A DNA stretch of 62,004 nt from Arcobacter sp. (GTDB taxonomy: Bacteria; Campylobacterota; Campylobacteria; Campylobacterales; Sulfurimonadaceae), in NCBI GenBank assembly GCA_002733885.1, contig NVXJ01000001.1:109298-171301 (forward strand), read 5' to 3'. This document shows positions 9,748 to 19,403 of the stretch, in pieces. The notes beneath the pieces are model-generated. The model was not told the origin of the DNA and made no database searches. It saw nothing but the letters and a program-made list of their open reading frames with translations. Both the position numbers and the translations under genes were made by a program. Every line of letters begins with the position of its first letter. Within the stretch, counting starts at the first letter, position 1.

Positions 9748-10855
9748 TGTACTTTAACATACGTTTATTATAAGTTTTTTCACTGAATAATTTTGTTCGC
9801 TCATAAAAGTATTCTTGATATTTCAACATTTTTTCTTCACTAGCAGTTATTAATTCATCAAACTTATCAAAAAACTCATCATCATTAAAACGAAGTTCTT
9901 CTTTGTCTACAATCTCTTTTTGTCCACCTGAATTATGAACAAATGGGATTGTTCCACTCATAATTGCTTCAACTGTTGTAATACCAAAATGTTCATTAAC
10001 AGCAGGAAAAACATATATCTTTGCATCTTTTAAAGCCTTTTGCAAAACATCAAACTTTTCATTAATAACAAATTTCACATTATTTAATTTATATTTTTCA
10101 ACTAAGTCTTTTAGTGATTGATAATACGGTTCTTGATTAGATTCAACAGTTCCTAAAATACTAAATACTTCATCAGGATATTTTTTTGCTAATTCTATTA
10201 GCATTTCAGGTCGTTTATACGGAACAATTCTAGATAAAAAGACAATACCACTTTTATTACTAAAGCCTTTATCTGTATTTATCTCAAATGCATTAGAGGG
10301 ATACACAACTTCTAATCTTTTATCATGTGCTTCATAAAATAAATCTGACGTAAACTTTGCGTTAATAACTGTATTTTTAGTATTTCCACTAAATTCATAA
10401 ATAGGATAAAAAGGTTTAATAAATAATTTATATATTGCCTTAAAAAGCAAAAACCTATACTTTTTTGCACCTTTTTGAGGGTTTAACTGTGGTAAAAAAG
10501 GTGGACCCGATAGATAAAAAGCATAAGGGGTGTCATCATCTTGCAAGTAGTTATGTCTAAAAGTATATATAAAATCATATTTTTGTTTTAGCTTTGAAAA
10601 TTTAACCATATTAAATGGCCATATTAGATATCTGATTGATGCTTTTTGTTTGGCTATAAAAGCCGTTGAAAAAGGAAAATAATATTTTTCAAAATTTACA
10701 TTTAAGTTATTTTCTTTAATAATATTTGGGTTCGGCTCATCTACCCATATAATTGTTGGTCTAATACCCCTTGCATTTAAACCTTTTATTAAAGAAATTA
10801 CACAGGTTTGGACACCCCCATATTGTGTTAAAGTAAAAATTATACCAATTTTCAT
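9737..10855 (-). CDS. family 4 (GT-B) glycosyltransferase
   Basis: NEHFGITTVEAIMSGTIPFVHNSGGQKEIV (E-x7-E region). Confidence 0.85.
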   Translation of the reverse strand: MKIGIIFTLTQYGGVQTCVISLIKGLNARGIRPTIIWVDEPNPNIIKENNLNVNFEKYYFPFSTAFIAKQKASIRYLIWPFNMVKFSKLKQKYDFIYTFRHNYLQDDDTPYAFYLSGPPFLPQLNPQKGAKKYRFLLFKAIYKLFIKPFYPIYEFSGNTKNTVINAKFTSDLFYEAHDKRLEVVYPSNAFEINTDKGFSNKSGIVFLSRIVPYKRPEMLIELAKKYPDEVFSILGTVESNQEPYYQSLKDLVEKYKLNNVKFVINEKFDVLQKALKDAKIYVFPAVNEHFGITTVEAIMSGTIPFVHNSGGQKEIVDKEELRFNDDEFFDKFDELITASEEKMLKYQEYFYERTKLFSEKTYNKRMLKYIDE

Positions 10856-11958
10856 TTTCTTTCACCCACCAATTCATTTAATATCATCTTAAAATTATCA
10901 ATTGGTGCTAAGGTAGCAAAACTCTTCATTAATCTATCATGCGCAATGTCTGCTCTGCTAGCAGATGCTTCTTTATCTTCTAATACTTCGATAATTTTTT
11001 TAGCTAACAATTTAGGATCTCTTTTAGATACATCAAAAAATAGACCAGATACACCATCTTCAATCATCTCCAAAACACCTCCTGCGTTTGAAGCCACTAC
11101 CGGAACCTTTAAAAATTGAGATTCCAACACAGTTCGAGGGAAAGGTTCTCTATCTGAAACCATACAACTTACATCAAACTGCGGTAATAATTCATACACA
11201 TCGTTTCTATTGCCTAAAAAGAAAATCTTTTTTGATATTTGCTTTGCAACATTTATCATTTTTTGTTTATACGGCTGTTCTTTTTTTGAGGATTCTCCGA
11301 TGACATAAAATTCTACATTAGGTACTTTAGCTTGTACGTAAGGAAAGGCTTCAACAAATAAGTCTTGTTGTTTGTAGGGAGTAACTCTGCCAATAATTGC
11401 AACCTTAGGAGCATCTCCCTCTAAAGTTTTAACATCCTTCTTTACCTTAGAAATTGCACTTGTATCTAAATAGTCATGCATAGTATATACACGTTTATGT
11501 GCTGGTTTTAAATAATCTGCCACATCTTGTGAAACACCAAACATTGCTTGAGCATTATTAATATAATGTTTGTGAATAGGTAGATTCAAATCAATATATT
11601 CGCGAACAAAAATAGCCATTGGAATACCTGTCATACGAGCCACTGTTGTCATTTTATTTGCAGCAAAAAAAGTATTACACAAAAGAAGATCTTGAGGATT
11701 GTTTTTTAAATATCTTTTTAATAAAATTGAGTGGAAGCTATGTAAACCTGGAAATTTCCTGCGTTTATTTGATAAGGCTTGAACATGAACTTTCAGACCT
11801 TGTTCTCTGTAAAATTTTGACAATATATCCTCTCGTGCTACAAACATCGTAAAATCAAAAACATCCTGCAATGGAAGTACCATATCAAGCATTGCGCGCT
11901 CAGCCCCACTAATAACATGTGGGGCATAATGACATATCATAATTTTTGGTTTATTCAT
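10852..11958 (-). CDS. family 4 (GT-B) glycosyltransferase
   Basis: REPFPRTVLESQFLKVPVVASNAGGVLEMIEDGVSGLFF, plus an N-terminal GAERA motif. Confidence 0.9.
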   Translation of the reverse strand: MNKPKIMICHYAPHVISGAERAMLDMVLPLQDVFDFTMFVAREDILSKFYREQGLKVHVQALSNKRRKFPGLHSFHSILLKRYLKNNPQDLLLCNTFFAANKMTTVARMTGIPMAIFVREYIDLNLPIHKHYINNAQAMFGVSQDVADYLKPAHKRVYTMHDYLDTSAISKVKKDVKTLEGDAPKVAIIGRVTPYKQQDLFVEAFPYVQAKVPNVEFYVIGESSKKEQPYKQKMINVAKQISKKIFFLGNRNDVYELLPQFDVSCMVSDREPFPRTVLESQFLKVPVVASNAGGVLEMIEDGVSGLFFDVSKRDPKLLAKKIIEVLEDKEASASRADIAHDRLMKSFATLAPIDNFKMILNELVGERK

Positions 11959-13312
11959 TATATTCTCCTATAAAATGTACAGATTTATCTTTAATCTCAT
12001 AACCTTGAAATGTTAATTCTTTTCGTATAAACTTTTTTTGACCTGTTAGTATATTTTCATTATTAATCAACAGTTCTTTCAATTTATTTTCAAACTCTAA
12101 GGGATTAAAAGTTCCTATTGCCGCATTTGTTTCAATAACACTTTTATAAAAAGGTGCATTCCACATATCAGACACTTTCTTATATATAGTTTCAATATTT
12201 TTATAATTGAAACAAATATTTAAAAAAGGAACTTGCATCAGAGATGCTTCCACAACCACTGTAGAAGGTAAGCCAATGCAAACTGTCGAACGAGTCAATA
12301 AGTAAATGAAGTTTTCAATATCTGACTTTTTAGGATAATTGAAAGCTTCTTTTTCATTCCATTCCCATTCAGAGTTAACTATTTTAACCTTAGAGCTTAT
12401 ATACGAAGGCCAATACTTAGTTTTATCCATTGGATTAATTTTTACTACTATTGTATACTTTTCTAGGCCAATTATTTCTAGTTTTTCTTCCAATAATTTG
12501 AGGTATAAATGTTCATTTTTTACTACAAAAGGGGCGGCAGCAATATAAAGTATAAGTTTTTCATCATCATTAAGGTTTAACTTTTTTTCTATTTTAGTGG
12601 GGGCATTAGCTTTTGGTGAAAATTCACAAAAATGAGAACAACCTATAATCAAAATTTTTTCTTCATTTATATGAGGATTGATTTTCAAAAGTTCATCTTT
12701 CATATCATTATTCCAAACACCAATTCTATTATAAAAAGGACTAATCCTACCTAAAGTGTATAGATCTTTATTTGTATGGAATGCTAAAAGCATTGGTATT
12801 TTATTTTTATGTGCTGTAGCTAAAAGTGTATAATTATAATTTGGAACATTCACTATTATTTTTGTAATCTTATTATCTTGCAAAAGTTTTGCCCAAGACT
12901 CATTATAAAGAGAAAATAAAATTTTTAACTCTAGATTAGTCAATAGATAACGTAACCATCTATTTTTAACACTTATTTCAAATATTTTTTTAAGTACCTT
13001 ATAAATATATTCATTTCGTTTATTTTTAAAAACCTTTTGCTTTGGCATATATTTCCATGTCGTTGAAAGTATATTTTGATTATCTAATACATCTTTTAAT
13101 AAAGTAATATAAAAGGCAACACTTTTTCGATAATAAGGTAAAATTTTTACTCGTGAATCTAATGTTTCAATAATTTCATCACTTTGCACACGTAAACTAA
13201 TATACACTTCTTTATTATCATCAAGTAAAGTAGAAATAACACCCGAATGAGAAAACTGTCGTATTTCAGATCCAAAATTAAAAATAAAAAGAAACCTTTC
13301 TTTTTTTATCAT
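11951..13312 (-). CDS. uncharacterised 453-aa protein, possibly a GT-B-like transferase
   Basis: Soluble protein with alternating beta-alpha character in two halves (KIIVNVPNYNYTLLATAHKNKIPMLLAF...; LILYIAAAP...TVCIGLPSTVVVEASLMQVPFLNI). I recognise no diagnostic motif. Translationally coupled to its neighbours. Confidence 0.4.
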   Translation of the reverse strand: MIKKERFLFIFNFGSEIRQFSHSGVISTLLDDNKEVYISLRVQSDEIIETLDSRVKILPYYRKSVAFYITLLKDVLDNQNILSTTWKYMPKQKVFKNKRNEYIYKVLKKIFEISVKNRWLRYLLTNLELKILFSLYNESWAKLLQDNKITKIIVNVPNYNYTLLATAHKNKIPMLLAFHTNKDLYTLGRISPFYNRIGVWNNDMKDELLKINPHINEEKILIIGCSHFCEFSPKANAPTKIEKKLNLNDDEKLILYIAAAPFVVKNEHLYLKLLEEKLEIIGLEKYTIVVKINPMDKTKYWPSYISSKVKIVNSEWEWNEKEAFNYPKKSDIENFIYLLTRSTVCIGLPSTVVVEASLMQVPFLNICFNYKNIETIYKKVSDMWNAPFYKSVIETNAAIGTFNPLEFENKLKELLINNENILTGQKKFIRKELTFQGYEIKDKSVHFIGEYNE

Positions 13313-14772
13313 TGTTTGCTTCTTTTTAGTACTTTATTTAATACAGGTCTAGCTTCTTCCATAAAATAATTAAAAGATTTAACTCTAAATAATATATTAA
13401 ACATTACATAGAAAAAGGTAAATTCAAATCCTTTTATAAGTAGCATTATAAAATTTCCATATTCTAACGAAGTATTTAGATATACAACAGGAACAACCGA
13501 CAATACTGTTATAAAAATTTGGACCATAAGGCTTCGTACAAAAGTTAATGCGGGTATATGTATTTCTTTAGAAACAAAAGATATATTAAGTAAAATAGCT
13601 AGAAAAGCTGTAAAAACATTTGTATATAAAAAAGCTATAATTCCATAATAAAATAAAACAACTAGCGGTAAAATATTTAAACTTCGTTTATAGATTTCTA
13701 ATCTTAAAAACTTTTTTGACTTGCCTCGGCTACTTAGAACGTTCATTAAAACAGCACTCAGGGGGCCAACATAACCCGATAAGGCAAGAATTTGGAAATA
13801 ACCTGCTGACATCAGCCATTTACTTCCAAACAATAAGACAATAAGTTCTTGCGAGACAAGGTATAAACCACCAAGAAGTAAAAATACGATAAAACTAATT
13901 ATTCCAAAAATCTTTAATACGATATTTTGTAATCGAGGTAAATCTTTTTGAACCTTACTTAACAAAGGTAAAAGCACAGAAAGAAGACTTCCTGATGAAT
14001 ATTGTGAGACTAAACCATTAAGAGATTTTGCTCTTTGAAAAAAGCCTAAGGTTGCTGCAGGGAAAATTTTACCCATTATTATAAAGTCCATACGGGTAAA
14101 CACTGCATTAAGTAAACCAACTAAAAACATTCTAAAGCCAAATCCCCACAATTGTTGTAATGCTTTAAAAGAAAATTTCAATATAGGTTTCCATGTACTC
14201 AGTCGCCAAATTAAAAATGTATATATAACTTTTGACAATAAAATTTGAACCACTAAAGACCAGATACCAGCACCATACCATGCTAATAACACTCCAATTA
14301 TTCCACTACTCACAGACGAGGTAAAACTCACCTTTGTGATAGCCCTAAAGTTTAACTCTTTTCGAAATTTATTTACCTGTATCGTTGAAAAAGAGTTAAT
14401 TATAAAAGTAAATGCAATGGCTTGCGTTAAAATAACCAAGCCCTCTTGATTATAAAAATCAGCAAGTAAGGGAGCTGAAAAAAATGTTATTACAGTTAAT
14501 AATGTTCCAATTGAAATATTAAAATAAAAAACAGACGAGTAATGCACTTCATGTATATGCCTACGCTGAATAATAGCTGCCCCGAGTCCAATATCTGTAA
14601 ACACTTGAGAAATCCCAACTATCACCATAATCATAGCAATTAGTCCAAAATCTTCCGGGGCTAAGAGTCTTGCTAAAAAAATAGATATTATGAAACCAGC
14701 CCCATTACTTGCAATTTTACCGGCAAAGTCCCAAATAAAAGCTGTATATCCTTGTTTTTTTAAACTACTCAT
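13309..14772 (-). CDS. wzx: Wzx-type oligosaccharide flippase (MOP/PST family)
   Basis: 487 aa with about 12-14 TM helices. The N-terminus AGKIASNGAGFIISIFLARLLAPEDFGLIAM is typical of polysaccharide-biosynthesis (PST) flippases. Confidence 0.85.
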   Translation of the reverse strand: MSSLKKQGYTAFIWDFAGKIASNGAGFIISIFLARLLAPEDFGLIAMIMVIVGISQVFTDIGLGAAIIQRRHIHEVHYSSVFYFNISIGTLLTVITFFSAPLLADFYNQEGLVILTQAIAFTFIINSFSTIQVNKFRKELNFRAITKVSFTSSVSSGIIGVLLAWYGAGIWSLVVQILLSKVIYTFLIWRLSTWKPILKFSFKALQQLWGFGFRMFLVGLLNAVFTRMDFIIMGKIFPAATLGFFQRAKSLNGLVSQYSSGSLLSVLLPLLSKVQKDLPRLQNIVLKIFGIISFIVFLLLGGLYLVSQELIVLLFGSKWLMSAGYFQILALSGYVGPLSAVLMNVLSSRGKSKKFLRLEIYKRSLNILPLVVLFYYGIIAFLYTNVFTAFLAILLNISFVSKEIHIPALTFVRSLMVQIFITVLSVVPVVYLNTSLEYGNFIMLLIKGFEFTFFYVMFNILFRVKSFNYFMEEARPVLNKVLKRSKQ

Positions 14773-15767
14773 GAGACAAATAACCTTTTAAACTTCAAAT
14801 AAAACACTTTAGTGTAAGGTAATGAGAAGAATCCTATTTTTAACAGTTCAGATCTATTAATATGGCGATATGTTTCTTCTTTTTTTGCAAATAACACATA
14901 CAGAGTAAAATACAAACCTAAGCCAAAATATTTCATAGATATTAAAAACCTTTTCTCATCACTTAGGTGTCGTGATAAATGTATACATAAATACTGTTTA
15001 GCAATCTTAATATAAAAACTCATTTTTTTAAATTCTTTGTCTTCTAAGAAAAGATCTAAAATTTTCAACCGTTGTAGACTAGATTCTGAGGCTGTCCATC
15101 TATGCATTCCTCCAACATCTCTTCGATACGCAGCTAAGGTTTCATCTATATAAGCAATTTTCCCGTAAAAGCCTGCGGCTAAGAACATAACATAATCAGT
15201 ATAAGGAGCCTTGTGCATAATTTTCATCATACTGGGTGTTTCAATAGATCTATCCATCAAGAATGCGCAGGTATGTATAGGGTTGACTTGCAAAAGTTTT
15301 CTATAATCAATAGGTCCGTTTTCTCTTTCACTGTGACCAATTTCATTATTGTCTTTATCTACCCATTTAACATGCGTAAATACTGCCCTATAGTTTTCAT
15401 CACTTTGGATTAAGTCAATTTGTTTTTGAAGTCTATTTGTTCCTATCCAATAATCATCACCCTCACAAAAAGCAAGATATTTCCCCTGACAACGTTCCAT
15501 AACTTCTTTACTGTTTTGCGCGGCACCAATATTTTTATCTCGTAAAATAGCGATAATAATATCTGGATACTTCATGGCATATTTTTCGACAATAGCACGT
15601 GTATTATCAGTTGAACCATCTTCACCAATTATTAATTCAAAAGAAAAGCTACACTCCTGCGCTACAATACTTTCAATAGCTTGTCCAATATAAGCTTCTT
15701 GATTATATGTTGTCATATAAACACTTACTAAGGGTATAGTTTTTTTAATATTTGTATGGGCTATCAT
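14769..15767 (-). CDS. family 2 glycosyltransferase (paralog A of tandem pair)
   Basis: PLVSVYMTTYNQEAYIGQAIESIVAQ...GEDGSTDNT...CEGDDYW (GT-A DxD). Confidence 0.9.
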   Translation of the reverse strand: MIAHTNIKKTIPLVSVYMTTYNQEAYIGQAIESIVAQECSFSFELIIGEDGSTDNTRAIVEKYAMKYPDIIIAILRDKNIGAAQNSKEVMERCQGKYLAFCEGDDYWIGTNRLQKQIDLIQSDENYRAVFTHVKWVDKDNNEIGHSERENGPIDYRKLLQVNPIHTCAFLMDRSIETPSMMKIMHKAPYTDYVMFLAAGFYGKIAYIDETLAAYRRDVGGMHRWTASESSLQRLKILDLFLEDKEFKKMSFYIKIAKQYLCIHLSRHLSDEKRFLISMKYFGLGLYFTLYVLFAKKEETYRHINRSELLKIGFFSLPYTKVFYLKFKRLFVS

Positions 15768-16741
15768 TACTGCACCCCTTTGAAATATTTATAAATACTT
15801 TTAACAAATGGGAAAGAGAAGATACCGGTTTTTATAATTTCTAATTTAGACACAATTCTATACATTTCTTCTTTTTTAGCAACAAAAACATAACAACTAT
15901 AATAAATACCTAAGATAAAATACTTCATTGATTGCATATATTGTTTTTCATCACTAAAATGTCGGGATAAGTTTATACATAAATATTGTTTCGCAATTTT
16001 TATATAAAAGCTCATCTCTTTAAACTCAGGATATTCTTCAAAAAGATTAAATATTTCCAATCTTTTTAAGCCTGATTCAGTGGCACTCCACTTATGCATA
16101 ACACCAACATCTCTTCTATACGCCGTCAGTATTTCATCTATGTAAGCAACTTTCCCATAATATGCAGCACCCAAAAACATTACATAATCCCCATAAGGAG
16201 CTTTTCTACGAATTTCTTTTATACTTTTAGTATAAACTGATTTATCAATTGTAAAGGCGCAGGTATGAATAGGATTAATCTGCAATAGTTTTTTGTATCC
16301 TATAAAACCTAATTCAGCTTCACTTAGTCCAATTTCTTGATTATTACTATCAACATATTGGACTTGAGAGAAAACGGCTTTTATAGTGTTATCTCTTTGT
16401 AGTATTTCCACCTCTTTTTGTAACTTATTAGAGCTGATCCAAAAGTCATCACCTTCACAAAAAGCTATATATTGTCCACTACAAGCTTCCAATACTTCTC
16501 TAGAGTTTTGTTTTTCTCCTACATTTTCATCTCTTAGTAATGTATGTATAATTGTTGGATATTTTTTTTGATATTTCATTATAATAGCACGTGTACCATC
16601 AGTAGAAAAATCTTCACCAATCACCAATTCAAAAAGAAAATCACATTTTTGATCAACTATACTTTCAATGGCTTGAGCAATGTATTTTTCTTGATTATAG
16701 CTTGTCATAAAAACACTAACCAAAGGTTTAATTTTTGTCAT
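15767..16741 (-). CDS. family 2 glycosyltransferase (paralog B of tandem pair)
   Basis: PLVSVFMTSYNQEKYIAQAIESIVDQ...GEDFSTDGT...CEGDDFW. Collinear with paralog A over the full length. Confidence 0.9.
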   Translation of the reverse strand: MTKIKPLVSVFMTSYNQEKYIAQAIESIVDQKCDFLFELVIGEDFSTDGTRAIIMKYQKKYPTIIHTLLRDENVGEKQNSREVLEACSGQYIAFCEGDDFWISSNKLQKEVEILQRDNTIKAVFSQVQYVDSNNQEIGLSEAELGFIGYKKLLQINPIHTCAFTIDKSVYTKSIKEIRRKAPYGDYVMFLGAAYYGKVAYIDEILTAYRRDVGVMHKWSATESGLKRLEIFNLFEEYPEFKEMSFYIKIAKQYLCINLSRHFSDEKQYMQSMKYFILGIYYSCYVFVAKKEEMYRIVSKLEIIKTGIFSFPFVKSIYKYFKGVQ

Positions 16742-16752
16742 TAGTATTCCCC

Positions 16753-18081
16753 TTATGACTTAATAATTTCAGAAAAAAATGAGCTTCTAAGACTTTTAAG
16801 ATACTTCATATTTAAATCATACACAGGGCCAAATAGTTTTGTTTGTTCGCTAATAATCTCTAAAAAATTATTTTCTATATGTAAAAACATTTCTTCTTGC
16901 TTAAAGAACAAAAACTCTTTAGCCTCAAAACTTTGTTTTTTAAAAACCATATTTAACACACCAAAGTTTTTATTATAATAATATCTATAATCACCTAAAA
17001 CGAGCTTCATAGTATTTACAACAGGTGTTTTTGCCCCTAATGCAATAACCATCGTATGATATCTTGTACCAATCACTAACGATGCATTAGAAATAAGATT
17101 ATAAACATCATTTAGTTCAGGAAAGCCTTTTTCATTAATATCATACATATGAAACATCTCCTTATTTGGAGTTAATGTTTTAAAATACTTTCCTTGATTC
17201 TCACCTCCGTTACCTTTTTGAAACGGTAAAAATACAATTTTTTTATTATATTTTACTTGTAATGTCCTTAGCATACTTATAATATTTATTTTGTACTGTT
17301 CAAGTTTTTCAATAGATACATATGTTTCTATTACAACATAACTGTTTTTTTCTAACCCAAGATTATTCTCACTATTTATAATTTTTTTGTTTAACACTAG
17401 TAAATCATCCGGTATAACTACAATTGTCTTTTCTTTAATCCCCATATCATTTAAGTATGACTCAGATAAAAGTTGATCTCTAACCCCAAATTTTGTATTT
17501 TTAAGCCCTTTAAAAAACATTCGATAAAATTCATGAGATGAATCAAATGGACCATAACTGTTACCCGTAAAAAATATTTTTTTATTGAGTTGATTTGCGA
17601 TAAGTATTGGAACCATAATTTTATATAAGTCTTCTTTTCGTGACCAACTTGACCATAATATATTAAAATATCCTCCACCGTTAACGATTAAAATATCTAG
17701 CTCTTCTATACTCTTTTTTAAGGTTACATATCCATCAACTCTGTCTAACAGCTCTAAAGGAGTTAAATGTTCAAAAGGCTTAGCTACACGCATAAGGTTT
17801 AAATATCGGATGCCTTTACGTGTCAATTTATTTATCACTTTATTTATAAATGAACGTTTTTCACTTTTCTTATTTTGTGGCTTGAACTTAACATTAACTT
17901 TTTCTATATTGTAATCATCAAAGTATTCATTTACAATATTATCAAACTCAGTAACACCTTTTCTCTTATAATAAAAGAATTTATACTGATGTTTATTACC
18001 TAGGTCGTAAACGTTATTAATTAACATACCGTAATCACCAAAATTCACTTCAGATATTGGACCTGTAATTCCTATTTTCAC
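16753..18081 (-). CDS. putative polysaccharide pyruvyl transferase family protein
   Basis: ILIVNGGGYFN and GTRYHTMVIALGAKTPVV resemble the PS_pyruv_trans (CsaB/WcaK-like) signature. Assigned from motif memory only. Confidence 0.55.
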   Translation of the reverse strand: MKIGITGPISEVNFGDYGMLINNVYDLGNKHQYKFFYYKRKGVTEFDNIVNEYFDDYNIEKVNVKFKPQNKKSEKRSFINKVINKLTRKGIRYLNLMRVAKPFEHLTPLELLDRVDGYVTLKKSIEELDILIVNGGGYFNILWSSWSRKEDLYKIMVPILIANQLNKKIFFTGNSYGPFDSSHEFYRMFFKGLKNTKFGVRDQLLSESYLNDMGIKEKTIVVIPDDLLVLNKKIINSENNLGLEKNSYVVIETYVSIEKLEQYKINIISMLRTLQVKYNKKIVFLPFQKGNGGENQGKYFKTLTPNKEMFHMYDINEKGFPELNDVYNLISNASLVIGTRYHTMVIALGAKTPVVNTMKLVLGDYRYYYNKNFGVLNMVFKKQSFEAKEFLFFKQEEMFLHIENNFLEIISEQTKLFGPVYDLNMKYLKSLRSSFFSEIIKS

Positions 18082-18087
18082 TTTAAC

Positions 18088-19389
18088 TTAATCCTCAAAC
18101 AATAATTGCATATTATCTAAACTATACGCATACAACCCATGTTGTATAGCTTCTTTTCTCTCTTGAAATGAATCATCTATTAACAATGAATTCTTTTTCA
18201 TGTATTTATATTTTTTGTCATCATCTTTAATATGAATAATCTCATGAAAAACTGTTGTTAACCCAAATTCTTTTAAGGTACTTTCTAAATTACCTTTTTT
18301 ATTTTTTGTAATTAATATAACCTCGTTGTTATTATTTTTTGCTTGAAAAATAAGTTTCATAATATCTGTATTAATATATTTTTCATCTAAATAAAGGGTA
18401 TCATCAAAATCTATATATAAGGTTTCATAAAAAATATTGTGTTTATATCTTGGTAGAAGTGCTCTTGAAAGTGATAAAGAAACATCGTTAACATAAACTT
18501 CAACAGTATTCCCCATTGCTTGAAAAAGAGCAAGTTCAATAAAATTAATTCCTTTTGCTCTATTAAGCATCATCGTTCCAGAAACACGAGGCCCCACTTC
18601 TAAAAGCTTTAATTTTCCATGTTTGTCATATTTCATTTGAAAGAACCAGATTCCATGTAAACCCATTTTCTTACTTATAATAGAGGCGTATTGATAAAAC
18701 TCTTCTAATAAACTTTTATCTTCTATGAGTCTTGATAAAACAGAAATACCACGAGTTGTTTTTTCCCTTGTCCGTGGACCTGAATAAAGAACTTCTCCAT
18801 TATCAGAAAAACAGTCAATCGTAAATTCTGCCCCCGTTAAATGTTCCATCAGTACATAGGTGGCAATATCATGTTTATTAAAGTATCCATTAAACTCATG
18901 TTCTGTTTCTAAGCATAAAGAGTTTAAAGCACCTTGCCCTTTTTTTGGCTTTACAAATACTGGAAAACACACTTCTTCTTGATTTTTATATACATCTGCT
19001 AAAGGAATAATATCCTTGAAATATTTGTATGTAACATCTTTAAAACGGACAACTTTATTCGTATGTCTATCTTGACCAATCACTTTAGCTTCAAGCTGCT
19101 CAGTAATAAGACTTAGTTCATAAGCCACATCATCATGCGCAGGAATAATAAAGTCAATATTATGTTCACTAATAAACGCTTGCATAATTTCAGTAAAGCT
19201 TTCATTATCTGCATAAGGCAACTTATACACCTCTTGATTTAAAAACTCAGCATGAGATGTTTTTATACTTGATGCGAAAACCACTTTAAAATATTTATTA
19301 TGCTTTAACGCATTAAATATCTCATTTGATATTTCCGTTCCAGCAGGAAAAACCAATACATTTTTTTTATTCATTTTATCATTATCCAT
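18088..19389 (-). CDS. ATP-grasp ligase fused to a C-terminal HAD-type phosphatase-like domain
   Basis: ATP-grasp motifs: FPVFVKPKKGQGA, MEHLTGAEFTIDCF, LLEVGPRVSG (aa 1 to about 315). HAD motifs: DFDDT (aa 327-331, nt 18397-18411), VILITK, LLIDDS (aa about 322-433). Confidence 0.8.
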   Translation of the reverse strand: MDNDKMNKKNVLVFPAGTEISNEIFNALKHNKYFKVVFASSIKTSHAEFLNQEVYKLPYADNESFTEIMQAFISEHNIDFIIPAHDDVAYELSLITEQLEAKVIGQDRHTNKVVRFKDVTYKYFKDIIPLADVYKNQEEVCFPVFVKPKKGQGALNSLCLETEHEFNGYFNKHDIATYVLMEHLTGAEFTIDCFSDNGEVLYSGPRTREKTTRGISVLSRLIEDKSLLEEFYQYASIISKKMGLHGIWFFQMKYDKHGKLKLLEVGPRVSGTMMLNRAKGINFIELALFQAMGNTVEVYVNDVSLSLSRALLPRYKHNIFYETLYIDFDDTLYLDEKYINTDIMKLIFQAKNNNNEVILITKNKKGNLESTLKEFGLTTVFHEIIHIKDDDKKYKYMKKNSLLIDDSFQERKEAIQHGLYAYSLDNMQLLFED

Positions 19390-19403
19390 TTTTTTATTAA
19401 ACC

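Noticed and set aside
16562-16569. A8 homopolymer in GT2 paralog B, and a second A8 at 19361-19368 near the 5' end of the ATP-grasp gene, as phase-variation switches
   Set aside because: The tracts are in frame in this sequence. They are shorter than tracts that are reliably hypermutable, and A/T runs of this length are expected by chance in such AT-rich coding DNA. This cannot be judged without population or read data.
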